Positions 1-12,650 are shown, numbered from the stretch's first letter. The stretch: DNA of 64,000 nt from Eledone cirrhosa (GCA_964016885.1 OZ024741.1:182466001-182530000); one strand, 5' to 3'. Notes: generated by a model not told the origin, from the letters alone. A program made the numbers and translations.

Positions 1-140
1 TTCATGCTGTTGTTGTAGGTGTTGCTGTTGTGTAGTTGTTTTTGCTACTGTTGGTGTTGGTGATGTTGTTGCTGTTGTTGTAGTTGTAGTTGTTGTTGCT
101 GTTGCTGTTGCTGCTACTGCTACTGCTACTGCTGCTGCTG
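1..140. repeat. (GTT/GCT)n trinucleotide microsatellite
   Basis: Degenerate gtt/gct/act triplets. Confidence 0.9.
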
Positions 141-734
141 GGGGTGAAATTGTAGCCCCAATATAGAAATATGATGGCCACCCTTTAAATCTATGTCTGT
201 TCCTTGGAGGTTAACTAAAGTCGGAAGGGACTGAACAACACCAACGATTGGCCCTCCCACTCATTCTCATTCTCCACCTTCTTCCCACTTTCCTCTTCCT
301 TTTCCTCATTCTCCTCCTCTTTCTCTTTCTTCGTCTTTTTTTTCTCCGTTTGCACTTATCTTTTTGAAATTTTCTATCGTTTTTTTTTTTTTTTTTTTTT
401 TTTTTTCTTAAACTTTAACATTCCAACAAGTTGAAGGAGCAGACGAAAGTAATGAGATACAATTTCTATTTTTGAGTGTAAACATATTTCCGGTCTGTAG
501 AATAAGACTTTTAAAAGAAGAAAGAGGGAAAAAGAGAGAAGAGAGAAGAGAGAAGATGAAGAAAAAAAATGAGCGAATTCCTTCAGAAAAGTTGGTAAAG
601 ATGAAATAATTTCGTAAGCTGATAGATAAATGACTTATGTAAATAGTTCTTCATCTAAGTAATGTGTGTAGTAGTGAGAGAAAAAGTTCTTATAAATAGA
701 CCTGACCAACACGTAATTCTATATACCTGTATGT

Positions 735-1618
735 ACTTATGTCTGTCTGTGAGTGATTGTGCTTGTGTGTGTCTGTATGTGTCTATGTGAGTTTAGTTTA
801 GTGTGTGTGTGTGCGTGTGTGTGTATGCGTGCGTGTGTGAGTACCTGTGTGTGTATGTACACGTGTGTGCGTGTATCTATGTAAAAGTGCGTGCATGTGT
901 GTACGTGTATGAGTACCTGTGTATGTACACGTGTGTGTGTGTGTGTGTGTGTGTATCTGTGTAAAAGTACGTGCGCGTGTGTGTGTGTGTACACGTATGA
1001 TTAGCTGTGTATGTATACGTGTGTGCGTGTATCTATGTAAAAGCGTGTGCGTGTGCGCGAGAGTGTGTGTGTGTGTGTGTGTGTACGTGTGTGAGTACCT
1101 GTGTGTGTACACGTGTGTGCGTGTATCTATGTAAAAGCGTGTGCGTGTGCGCGAGAGTGTGTGTGTGTGTGTACGTGTGTGAGTACCTGTGTATATACAC
1201 GTGTGTGCGTGGATCTATGTAAAAGCGTGTGCGTGTGCGCGAGAGTGTGTGTGTGTGTACGTATGTGAGTACCTGTGTATGTACATGTGTGTGCGTGTAT
1301 CTATGTAAAAGCGTGTGCGTGTGCGCGAGAGTGTGTGTGTGTGTGTACGTGTGTGAGTACCTGTGTATGTACGAGTGTGTGTGTGTATCTGTGTACGAGT
1401 GCGTGCGTGTCCGTGTGAGTGTGTGTGTGTGCGTGTACGAGTACCAGTGTATATACGCGTGTGTGCGTGTATCTGTTATAAAAGTGTATGCGTGTGTGTA
1501 AATGTGTGAGTACCTGTGTATGTATGCGTGTATCTATGTAAGAGTGCGTCGTACGTATTTATGTGCACGCGTATGAGTGGGAGTGTGTGCGCGCGTACGT
1601 ACATCTGAGTGCGTATAT
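735..1618. repeat. TG-rich minisatellite, ~87-bp period in its core
   Basis: gagtacctg recurs at ~1093, 1181, 1268, 1355. Confidence 0.8.
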
Positions 1619-3625
1619 GTGTAGGTGTATCTATGTGAGAGTGCGTGTATGTGTAGGTGTATCTATGTGAGAGTGCGTGTATGTGTAGGTGTATCTATGT
1701 GGGAGTGCGTGTATGTGTAGGTGTATCTATGTGAGAGTACGTGTATGTGTAGGTGTATCTATGTGAGAGTGCGTGTATGTGTAGGTGTATCTATGTGGGA
1801 GTGCGTGTATGTGTAGGTGTATCTATGTGAGAGTTCGTGTATGTGTAGGTGTATCTATGTGAGAGTGCGTGTATGTGTAGGTGTATCTATGTGAGAATAT
1901 GTGTATGTGTAGGTGTATCTATGTGGGAGTGCGTGTATGTGTAGGTGTATCTATGTGACAGTATGTGTATGTGTAGGTGTATCTATGTGAGAGTGCATGT
2001 ATGTGTAAGTGTATCTATGTGGGAGTGCGTGTATGTGTATGTGTATCTATGTGAGAGTACGTATATGTGTAGGTGTATCTATGTGAGAGGACGTGTATGT
2101 GTAGGTGTATCTATGTGAGAGGACGTGTATGTGTAGGTGTATCTATGTGAGAGTATATGTATGTGTAGGTGTATCTATGTGAGAGTACGTGTATGTGTAG
2201 GTGTATCTATGTGGGAGTGCGTGTATGTGTAGATGTATCTATGTGAGAGTACGTGTATGTGTAGGTGTATCTATGTGAGAGTATGTGTATGTGTAGGTGT
2301 ATCTATGTGGGAATGCGTGTATGTGTATGTGTATCTATGTGAGAGTACGTATATGTGTAGGTGTATCTATGTGAGAGTGCGTGTATGTGTAGGTGTATCT
2401 ATGTGGGAGTGCGTGTATGTGTAGATGTATCTATGTGAGAGTACGTGTATGTGTAGGTGTATCTATGTGAGAGTATGTGTATGTGTAGGTGTATCTATGT
2501 GGGAGTGCGTGTATGTGTATGTGTATCTATGTGAGAGTACGTATATGTGTAGGTGTATCTATGTGAGAGTGCGTGTATGTGTAGGTGTATCTATGTGAGA
2601 GGACGTGTATGTGTAGGTGTATCTATGTGAGAGTATGTGTATGTGTAGGTGTATCTATGTGAGAGTACGTGTATGTGTAGGTGTATCTATGTGAGAGTGC
2701 GTGTATGTGTAGGTTTATCTATGTGAGAGTATGTGTATGTGTAGGTGTATCTATGTGAGAGGACGTGTATGTGTAGGTGTATCTATATGAGAGTACGTGT
2801 ATGTGTAGGTGTATCTATGTGAGAGTGCGTGTATGTGTAGGTGTATCTATGTGGGAGTGCGTGTATGTGTAGGTGTATCTATATGAGAGTACGTGTATGT
2901 GTAGGTGTATCTATGTGGGAGTGCGTGTATGTGTAGGTGTATCTATGTGAGAGTGCGTGTATGTGTAGGTGTATCTATGTGAGAGTACGTGTATGTGTAG
3001 GTGTATCTATGTGAGAGTACGTGTATGTGTAGGTGTATCTATGTGAGAGTACGTGTATGTGTAGGTGTATCTATGTGAGAGTGCGTGTATGTGTAGGTGT
3101 ATCTATGTGAGAGTACGTGTATGTGTAGGTGTATCTATGTGAGAGTACGTGTATGTGTAGGTGTATCTATGTGAGAGTATGTGTATGTGTAGGTGTATCT
3201 ATGTGAGAGTACGTGTATGTGTAGGTGTATCTATGAGAGAGGACGTGTATGTGTAGGTGTATCTATCTGAGAGTACGTGTATGTGTAGGTGTATCTATGT
3301 GAGAGTGCGTGTATGTGTAGGTGTATCTATGTGGGAGTGCGTGTATGTGTAGGTGTATCTATGTGAGAGTACGTGTATGTGTAGGTGTATCTATGTGAGA
3401 GGACGTGTATGTGTAGGTGTATCTATGTGAGAGTACGTGTATGTGTAGGTGTATCTATGTGAGAGTAGGTGTAGGTGTATCTATGTGAGAGGACGTGTAT
3501 GTGTAGGTGTATCTATGTGAGAGGACGTGTATGTGTAGGTGTATCTATGTGAGAGGACGTGTATGTGTAGGTGTATCTATGTGAGAGTATGTGTAGGTGT
3601 ATCTATGTGAGAGTACGTGTATGTG
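1619..3625. repeat. 32-bp tandem satellite (~60 copies)
   Basis: Unit gtaggtgtatctatgtgagagt(g/a)cgtgtatgt repeated head-to-tail. Confidence 0.95.
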
Positions 3626-3739
3626 TGTACGATGTGAGGTGCGGAATGTGTAACAATTACATAATGAAGTACGTCATACATATTTATCTATTTATCTATC
3701 TATCTATGTAATCTATCCATCTACTTCTCCACACACGTA

Positions 3740-4445
<706 letters not shown>

Positions 4446-4618
4446 TGCAGCTGTCTGGCAAACGACACATCTGAGTTCGATTCCCACAGGCAACATATCT
4501 ATGCCCAACTTGTTCGACTATTTCTCTTGGTCTAAACTTGCGTTGTAATAGCTTACAATAAACTGAAATTCTTTAAAAGTTCAATTTTACTCAAAGCATC
4601 GTAAAATGATTGTTGATT

Positions 4619-4656
<38 letters not shown>

Positions 4657-4660
<4 letters not shown>

Positions 4661-5018
4661 GGAAAAAATGAAGCGAAATTTCATTTCTCACTCTTAGTAC
4701 GGCTGTTACTTAAATATAAGTATGTACACGTACATAGATATATGTATACAGACGTACAGTAGTATGTATATATATACATACATGCACACATATCTATATG
4801 TACGTATGGATTTACCGAGCATTTATTATAATGCTCGGTTTGTTTGTAAACAAACATCCCGAATTAAGCCGTTCAGTGTTTAGCAGCCATGTTCACAAAC
4901 AAACCGAGCGTTATAATAAATGCTCGGTAAATCCATACGTACATATATATGTGTGCATGTATGTATATATATACATACCACTGTATGTCTGTATACATAT
5001 ATGTATGTACGTGTACAT

Positions 5019-5023
<5 letters not shown>
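4657..5023. mobile_element. Fold-back element family B (non-autonomous PLE/retrozyme-like) in (TA)n
   Basis: Inverted arms ~4718-4850 / ~4890-5023; left arm has an extra ~60-nt tail; homologous to 11555-12305. Confidence 0.8.
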
Positions 5024-5081
<58 letters not shown>

Positions 5082-5130
5082 CGATGAAATGCCGAGGACG
5101 GTTGGAGGGTCACTGATGAAGGACTCACTT

Positions 5131-5161
<31 letters not shown>

Positions 5162-5508
5162 CAAGTAATATAAATTAATATATGATAAACACATAAGTGT
5201 TTGTATTGTAAATGACTAAGTTAGCTAGAATGAAATAAACTAATTCAAATAAATATAGTTTGCCTGTCTCGATTTAAAATAATAAATCAATAAAAGCAAA
5301 AATTTAAATCTCAAAATACAAACCTGTTCCGCAGACAAATTTGAATTTCAAAACCCAAATAAGTTTCACAACGATAGTATAAAAAAGTGAAAGATTCCAT
5401 TTTCTGTGTTCATCAACAGGTATCCAGAAAATTAGGATGTTACACCTCCAAATATTTTTGGAGGTCTGGTGTACAAGCGCAAACACAGGTGGTTTTCCAG
5501 CTCACTAG

Positions 5509-5566
<58 letters not shown>

Positions 5567-5644
5567 ACCTGTTATTTTTATCTAAAGACATTTTTTTCAA
5601 TTCCATCCCGCCCGTTCCCTCAATCTATTTTATTTCTCATTCTT

Positions 5645-5680
5645 TCTTCTGATGGAGGACTAACGTCCGAAACGTTAAGA
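5645..5680 (+). ncRNA. Minimal hammerhead ribozyme-like motif (variant core)
   Basis: TCTT CTGATGGA GGAC-TAAC-GTCC GAAA CG TT AAGA; helix I TCTT/AAGA, self-complementary ACGT helix III, GUU triplet; core has one extra G. Confidence 0.6.
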
Positions 5681-5764
5681 CCCTCTTCCTGTTATATCAA
5701 GCGTTAACCTAATATATACCTTCCATATACTGTACCAATTGTGTTGTTATTTCTGTTTACCTTT

Positions 5765-5796
<32 letters not shown>

Positions 5797-5961
5797 CTTT
5801 GGGAGGGTCATGTTGCCAATAAGAAACACACGCACCAGTTGCTTTCACTTCAATTTATTATAACATATATATATATATTAGAAAGTGAGGTTTTTTTTAC
5901 AAAATGAAAATTAATCGAGGTGTCCTACACGAGTGAAAGTATAAAGAAAAAAAGATTTGGT

Positions 5962-6001
5962 TCCTTTACCGGTTTCGCAGTTCTTCTGCTTTTCAAAAGT
6001 A
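5962..6001 (-). ncRNA. Hammerhead ribozyme, U3-A8 core
   Basis: Reverse-complement copy of 6671-6710. Confidence 0.75.
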
Positions 6002-6670
6002 GAGTTGAGATGGAGGGTCTGTGGTTTTTCTCACATCTGGTTGGTCTTTAAATATTACTTGTTTTATATGGAAAAAAAGTGGCTCGAAACGCCAGGTTTT
6101 TAGAGAAGTAATTTCATTGGTTGGTCAATAATTATAATAAATTTCGCGCCAGTTCGCGTTACAAAGTTCTTCAAACAAGGGGAGGGGGCTCAGGTTGTTT
6201 TTTCATATATGAGTGTTTGAATTTCTTTTTACTTAAAAAAAGAGGCTCACGAAGGCTTTTTTTTTAATAAACGTAATTTGATTGGTTATAAATGAAATTA
6301 TGACTGTCACGAAAACAAGTTTTCATTAAATTTCGCGCCCGTATTTGGAAATTTATTCTGTAGTCTTTTTAGAGAATTTTATGACAAGCGAAAGATAATG
6401 GTTAAAAAAAAGCCTTCGTGACCCCTTTTTTTTTAAGTAAAAAGAAATTCAAACACTCATATATGAAAAAACAACCTGAGACCCCCCCCCCCCCTTGTTT
6501 GAAGAACTTTGTAACGCAAACTGGCGCGAAATTTATTATACTTATTGACCAACCAATCAAATTACTTCTCTAAAAACCTGGCGTTTCGAGCCACTTTTTT
6601 CCATATAAAACAAGTAACATTCAAAGACCAACCAGATGTGAGAAAAACCACAGACCCTCCATCTCAACTC

Positions 6671-6710
6671 TACTTTTGAAAAGCAGAAGAACTGCGAAAC
6701 CGGTAAAGGA
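6671..6710 (+). ncRNA. Hammerhead ribozyme, U3-A8 core
   Basis: CTT TTGAAAA GCAG-AAGAA-CTGC GAAA CCGG TA AAG; palindromic helix III CCGG, GUA triplet. Confidence 0.75.
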
Positions 6711-6778
6711 ACCAAATAAATATATATATATTTTTTTAATATAAGACTCCAGTTGTATTTTCGATTTCATCTTTTTTT

Positions 6779-6808
<30 letters not shown>

Positions 6809-6809
<1 letters not shown>

Positions 6810-7016
6810 ATGTATAAAAATCAATACAATATAATTACCTCATTACCAGAGGTTTCCCGAATGAAGCGAATACGAAAGAAACGTCTTCATTCGTTCGTCA
6901 GACGAGGCAATAGTTATTGTATTGATTTTTATACATTAAATTTTGCTCTGATACTTACATAGAGCACTCTTCACTTCTATGACCTTTTCTGTTTCCAACG
7001 GAAATTTCAATACTTA
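6809..7016. mobile_element. Fold-back element family F with HHR
   Basis: aatgtataaaaatcaatacaata inverted at 6914-6937; right arm carries the tail; related to 7981-8140. Confidence 0.75.
6835..6910 (-). ncRNA. Hammerhead ribozyme (type I)
   Basis: RC: TTGCCTCGT CTGACGA A CGAATGAAG...CTTCATTCG G GAAA CC-TCT-GG TA ATGAGGTAA; GUA triplet. Confidence 0.88.
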
Positions 7017-7182
7017 TATATATATATATAGGTAGAATGTAGGTAAAGAGTTCGGCTGTCAGGCCCCCCAGCTCTCTAGTATATTTACACTCTACTTTCC
7101 CCAGTATCGAGTACTCTGCTGAATAGCGGTATTACTAGTTTAAACTGGTAAAATCCTGACGTATAGACATATACACACACAC

Positions 7183-7410
<228 letters not shown>

Positions 7411-7626
7411 TATATATATCTTCTCTCAGTTATAAAAACTATCTCTTTCTCTCTATCACCCATCTCTCCCTCTCATCTCCTCCCCTTTTTCATCCTTCCC
7501 CCCCCCCCCCCTCTCTAAATAAAATATTTTTCCCAATATCACACATCAATCTAAAACCACTTTTCATATGTTGATTTAAAACTGCACTATCCACAAGTGT
7601 TTTTTAGCCTTCATATCATGTTCTCC

Positions 7627-7697
7627 TGTTTTATCTGATGAAAACACAAATATTATTGCATGATGATGTTTGTTTTTGAAATGCGCATAATAAAATA
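7627..7697 (+). ncRNA. Hammerhead ribozyme (type I)
   Basis: TTTTAT CTGATGA [AT-rich helix II] GAAA TGCGCA TA ATAAAA; palindromic helix III, AUA triplet. Confidence 0.85.
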
Positions 7698-7727
7698 CAT
7701 GGAACTCCTTTAACCATCTTTTGATCT

Positions 7728-7806
<79 letters not shown>

Positions 7807-7825
7807 CATATATATATATATATAT

Positions 7826-7937
7826 AACGAAGGAGTTGTGGTAAGGAACCAGATGGACCATAACGCACCAGAGTACTTCTGGTCCAGAAATAGCCGTCGA
7901 AACGGCTTGAGCTCTGCCGTCGGGGTCATACTTTTTC

Positions 7938-7942
<5 letters not shown>
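7826..7942. mobile_element. Fold-back element family A copy
   Basis: Tail arm (minus) joined to the plus arm ccagaaatagccgtcgaaacggcttgagctctgccgtcgggg; flanked by (TA)n. Confidence 0.85.
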
Positions 7943-7980
<38 letters not shown>

Positions 7981-7985
<5 letters not shown>

Positions 7986-8140
7986 AACTATCCAGACGTT
8001 TCTGTAACGATCGTCTAGTTTCTTGAAACCTTTGGTAATGAAATAATTATATTGTGTTGTTTATTATGTAATTAAATAGCTCTGTACTATACATAGAACA
8101 TTTTTCTTTCCTTTACCTTTTCTACGGAAATACTTAACAC
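7981..8140 (+). mobile_element. Family F fragment with 5'-truncated HHR
   Basis: TGATGA...GAAA CC-TTT-GG TA ATGAAATAATTATATTG; 3' region similar to 6914-7016. Confidence 0.6.
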
Positions 8141-8146
8141 ATACAG

Positions 8147-8181
<35 letters not shown>

Positions 8182-8217
8182 TATATATATATATTTATTT
8201 ATATTTATATATATATG

Positions 8218-8649
8218 CAGGGTGAGTCATAAGTACCCGGGCAGTCAGTGCATTTTTATTGCAAAGTTCACGGATAACTTTTCCAGCATCCGCTTACTTG
8301 TGTGTAATCAGCCATGGTTATATATTTTAACTAGGCGGTGGATTGGCAGTATCGGTAGAGGGTCGGACGCCATGCTTTCGAGCATAGTTACGTCCCTTTA
8401 CGATCTTAGTTCAAATCTCGCCGAGGTTGACTTTGCCTTTCATCCTTACGGGGTCGATAAAATAAAGTACCAGTAATGCACTGGGTAATTGCGGGCCTTG
8501 TGCCTAAAGTAGAAACAGTTATATATTTTAACTACTTTTGTTTGATGTTGATGTATTTATAATTTCGCAATGTATGACCAGAAATTTAGTAAATATTGTC
8601 ATTTGTAATATAAATGTTGGGTTGCCCGGTTACTTATGACTCCCCCTTG
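8218..8649. mobile_element. Tc1/mariner-type MITE interrupted by a SINE
   Basis: TIRs cagggtgagtcataagtacccgggca / tgcccggttacttatgactcccccttg. Confidence 0.7.
8334..8517 (+). mobile_element. tRNA-derived SINE (MetaSINE-like central domain), with TSD
   Basis: A-box tggcagtatcgg, B-box gttcaaatc, core ttgactttgcctttcatccttacggggtcgataaaataaagtaccag; TSD gttatatattttaacta at 8317-8333 and 8518-8534. Confidence 0.92.
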
Positions 8650-8654
8650 TGTAT

Positions 8655-8850
8655 TAAGAATAGCTCTAGCAGTGGATACGTCTGGTGCCCCAGGCACCAC
8701 CTTCCTACTCATCACCATCGGCACGGAGTTGGCTACCCGCAAGTGTGAGCCTCGCGAGCTGGAATGACTCTTCCAGCGCGTCTCTCTCACCATCCTCCGG
8801 GGAAACGTCATCTCTATTCTGTTCGCCGGGGCCGCGGGTCGGTCAGCCTT
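8655..8850 (+). pseudogene. CRE-like RLE non-LTR retrotransposon 3' remnant
   Basis: Translates ALAVDTSGAPG...EPRELE*LFQRVSLTILRGNVISIL, homologous to 23631-23900 and 32950-33200. Confidence 0.7.
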
Positions 8851-9164
8851 TGACCCCATCCCTCTCCCCCACACACATTTACTCATAATAGTGAGAGATG
8901 AGGAGAGCGGGTGAGACGGAAGCATTACAGTGGCAGTTTGGTTCCATTGTGTTCGGATCTGGTGTATATGTATTTATTTATTTACCACACCACATTAATA
9001 CTTTACATACACTTCAGTTCAAATAATTGCTATAGAGTCTGACAAACATCCCCAATATTTATTTCGATGATATCTTGGTCAGCCTGTCTTTATTTGAAAC
9101 TATCTGACGTCATATTGTGAAAACCTCAATACACCTAATAAATATTTCATTTTGCTCTATTGTC

Positions 9165-9430
9165 ACACGTGGCTTAATGGTAAAGGTGTTGGACTTACGG
9201 TCATAAGGTTGTGGGTTCGATTCCTGGGTTGCGTGTTGTGTTCTTGAGCAAAACACTTCATTTCACGTTGCTCCAGTATACTCAGCTGAAAATGACTACC
9301 AGCAATAGCTGGAGGTTAACCTTGCGATGACTGGCGTCCTGTCCAGGAGGGAGTCTTGTACTCTCAGTCGCTTCACGCCATGAAATGGGATAAGCACCAG
9401 CAAAATGAGCCTTCTGGCTTAAGACACACT
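9165..9430 (+). mobile_element. Second tRNA-derived SINE (CORE-like plus V-like domain)
   Basis: A-box tggcttaatgg, B-box ggttcgattcc, ttgtgttcttgagcaaaacacttcatttcacgttgctccag, ccttgcgatgactggcgtcctgtccagg. Confidence 0.7.
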
Positions 9431-9713
9431 TTAGACTGTAGTCATATATTCGTTATCAAGTTCTTTTATATATCTCGTGAGAACACTTATCATTTATAAT
9501 GGGTGGATGTGTGTGTGTGTGTTTAATGCAAGAAACGTTAAAAATACAGACCCGAAATATATACGAGATTTACAAGATTCAATATCAGTCAATAAGTAAT
9601 TTTTTTGCGGCAAATACGGCAGACAACTGGTAAAATGTCTTCATCATTCTTTGACTTCAATTACGAAAATATAGCAAACCAATGGCTGAAGTTCCTTTAT
9701 GCATTACTAACAG

Positions 9714-10123
9714 GGCAGTGGATTGGCAGAATCGGTAGAGCGTCGGACAACATCTTTTGTGCAACATTGAGTTAAAGCCCTTTGCGTTCTGGTTTCCAAT
9801 CCCACCGAGGTTAAATTACGGGGTCGATAAAATAAAGCACCAGTAATGCACTGGGATAATTTCTGGCCATGTGCCAAAGGTAGAAACAATTATTACCAGG
9901 ACGGTTGGGTTGGCAGAATCGATAGAGCGTCGGACAACATGTTTCGCAGCATCGAGTTACGACCCTTTACGTTCTGATTTCAAATTCCGCTGAGGTTAGC
10001 TTTGCCTTTCATCCTTACGGGGTCGATAAAATAAAGCACCAGTTATACACTGGGGTCGATTTAATCGACTTTTCTCGCCCCTCACATTGTTGGCCTTGTG
10101 CCTAAATTAGAAACCATAATTAT
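9714..10123 (+). mobile_element. Two tandem SINE copies
   Basis: Same family as 8334; first copy internally deleted. Confidence 0.88.
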
Positions 10124-10494
10124 CATGACTCCTGTATAACAAAAAAAAAAAATGTTTTTGCTTGTTAGTTTGTTTTTGGTTTCTTCTCTATTGCCTCTCT
10201 AATTTGAAAAAGAGCTACTGCTCATACATTTTCCTGCACAGCAAATATTTTTACATATATTTACAATTGTTTTTATAACTATTTCATTTGGAAGATTTCT
10301 TGTCGACGCATTCTTTAAATTATGGATTACTTGGTGAGGTACCCAGCTTCACCCAGGTAAACAGATAAGAGAAGACTGGTAGATGAGAAAATGACTTTAT
10401 TGGATGTTTGTCTGGTTCACAGTATGAGGCGAAACCGTGGTGTGTGTGTGTGTCTGTGTGTGTGTGACAAAAAAAATCTGTCAAAAATCTTCCA

Positions 10495-10870
10495 GGTTCT
10501 TCGTTTTACTGTTACTGCGTAGTATATGAAGATTTGTAGGGGTTTCCTCTCGTGAACAACCAACATATAACTGTCCATGGGTAAAAAGCGATTCTCTCAT
10601 ATTTAATCCTACAACTTTGAGACTCTGACCCAGAGCTTTATTTATGGTCATAGCAAAAGTGGCTCTAACAGGGAACCGAAGTCTTGGGAATTTGAACAGA
10701 AGCTCGGTAGAGGAAGAAAGGAGAGGAATATTGGGAATAAATGCATTTTCTCCTTGATGATTGCCTCTCTAGATGGTTCATCATCCGCCTGACTGTAAAG
10801 TGTGTTTCATTGCAAAGACGTAGCAGGTACAGGTTTCTCAAAAGGATGATGGGAGTTCCAATCTTTTATA
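10495..10870 (-). pseudogene. Helitron PIF1-like helicase C-terminal remnant (not in ORF track)
   Basis: RC translates GTPIILLRNL..LCNET.. then (frameshift) AFIPNIPL..FKFPRLRFPVRATFAMTINKALGQSLKVVGLNMRESLFTHGQLYVGCSR..KTKN. Confidence 0.88.
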
Positions 10871-10899
10871 TTATATGTAGATATCTATCTAGAGCGGGT

Positions 10900-11035
10900 A
10901 AAATTCCTGAGATCCATGGACGAGTTCTCTCCAGCGGTCTCTGTCTCTCATCATCGCTGCCATGACCTGCATCTCCAAGAGACCGGTGTCTGTCCTTATG
11001 GCATCAACATATGTCAACCTCGGTCTCTCTCTTCT
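10900..11035 (-). pseudogene. RTE-like LINE 3' remnant
   Basis: RC translates RPRLTYVDAIRTDTGL...AAMMRDRDRWRELV. Confidence 0.6.
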
Positions 11036-11129
11036 ATATAGATAACCTAAAATGATCGTTATCACTGTTCCTATAATATATTAATAGCAAATCAAAATAG
11101 CATTATTCTTATCGTTATTATTATCATTA

Positions 11130-11455
11130 TTGAGTTCAAATCCCGCCGAGGTTGACTTTGCCTTTCATCCTTACGTGGTCGATAAAATAAAGTACCAGTA
11201 ATGCACTGGGTATTTGCTGGCCTTGTGCCTAAAGTAGAAACAATTATTATCATTATTAAGGGCGGTGGATTGGCAGTATCGTTAAAGGGTTGGACGCCAT
11301 GCATGGAGCTACAGGCCTTTACGATCTGAGTTCAAATTCCACCGAAGTTAACTTTGCCTTTCATCCTTACGAGGTCGATAAAATAAAGTATCAGTAATGC
11401 ACTGGGATAATTGCTGGCCTTGTGCTAAAAGTAGAAACAATTATTATTATCATTA
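11130..11455 (+). mobile_element. Two SINE copies (one 5'-truncated)
   Basis: Same family as 8334. Confidence 0.88.
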
Positions 11456-11502
11456 TTGATGGAATCAGCAGAGCGTTGCACAAAATCTTTGTAATGTTTA
11501 GT

Positions 11503-11554
<52 letters not shown>

Positions 11555-11558
<4 letters not shown>

Positions 11559-12302
11559 GGAAAAGATGAAACAAAATTTCATTTCCCCCTCTTAGTACAG
11601 CTGTTACTTAAATATAAGTATGTATACGTACATACATATATATGAATACAGACGTACAGTAGTATGTATATATATATATATACATGCACACATATATATA
11701 TATATATGTGTATGGATTCACCGAACATTTATTATAATGCTCTGAGTGTTTATAAACAAATATCCCGAATTAAGCCGTACAGTGTCTAGCAACCATCGTT
11801 GCTCGTTTGTTCAACACTGACAAAGGAACGCTGTACTAGTTTCAAGCTTATTAGCTATCGTCAGCAACGTATACCTTCCTGCCAGATTGTTGAACGCCTG
11901 AAAGTATATGCTTTCCTTATGCATATTAACGGCTGAGTAGCCCAATTTGCATACCGAGTGGGTTAATCGGCCGGGTGCACCGAAAACGATAAACGGAAAA
12001 AATGAAACGAAATTTCATTTCCCACTCTTAGTACAGCTGTTACTTAAATATAAGTATGTATACGTACATACATATATATATGAATACAGACGTACAGTAG
12101 TATGTATATATATATACATACATGCACACATATATATATATGTACGTATGGATTCACCGAACATTTATTATAATGCTCGGTGTGTTTGTTTATAATAAAT
12201 ATTCGGTGAATCTATACGTACATATATATATGTGTGCATGTATGTATATATATATACATACTACTGTACGTCTGTATACATATATGTATGTACGTGTACA
12301 TA

Positions 12303-12305
<3 letters not shown>
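11555..12305 (-). mobile_element. Family B: tandem ~436-bp unit with HHR, ending in a fold-back
   Basis: aaacggaaaa(g/a)atgaaac repeats at 11555 and 11991; inverted arm ~12192-12305; (TA)n on both sides. Confidence 0.85.
11828..11870 (-). ncRNA. Minimal hammerhead ribozyme (type I)
   Basis: RC: ACGTTG CTGACGA T AGCT-AATA-AGCT T GAAA CTAG TA CAGCGT; palindromic helix III, GUA triplet. Confidence 0.92.
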
Positions 12306-12377
<72 letters not shown>

Positions 12378-12379
<2 letters not shown>

Positions 12380-12644
12380 TTATTAAAATAACAAATTAAA
12401 GTTTAAGCAAAGAATCGCTGCTTTTACCCTTAACGGGATCTTTTGAAACTAACAAAGTCAATCTGTAAACGCAGATTGACTTTGTTAGTTTCAGAAGATC
12501 TCGTTAAGGGTGAAAGCAGCGATTCTTTGCTTAAACTTTAATCTGTTATTTTAATAAATATTTGCTCTACGGTTCTTATATATTTGATATATATTTATCC
12601 TTATCGAGCCCTGTTTGGATTTTAGTCTTCAAATTTATTATTAT

Positions 12645-12650
<6 letters not shown>
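12378..12650. mobile_element. Fold-back element family E
   Basis: ~170-bp palindrome centred near 12470 plus a 3' tail to 12650; related pieces at 31331-31390 and 46632-46750. Confidence 0.82.
12487..12537 (+). ncRNA. Hammerhead-like motif with U4A variant core
   Basis: AGTTT CAGAAGA T CTC-GTTAA-GGG T GAAA GCA...TGC TT AAACT; CAGATGA at the equivalent site near 46642. Confidence 0.55.

Larger units (their letters stand above)
5878..6722. mobile_element. Large fold-back element in (TA)n with an HHR in both arms
   Basis: Near-perfect inverted arms ~5955-6270 / ~6405-6718; left arm has an extra tail 5878-5954. Confidence 0.85.

Noticed and set aside
1619-3625. 32-bp repeat as a CRISPR array
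   Set aside because: Contiguous tandem units without spacers
8334-8430. tRNA genes suggested by A/B boxes
   Set aside because: Boxes belong to multi-copy SINE heads continuing into a conserved SINE body; no intact cloverleaf
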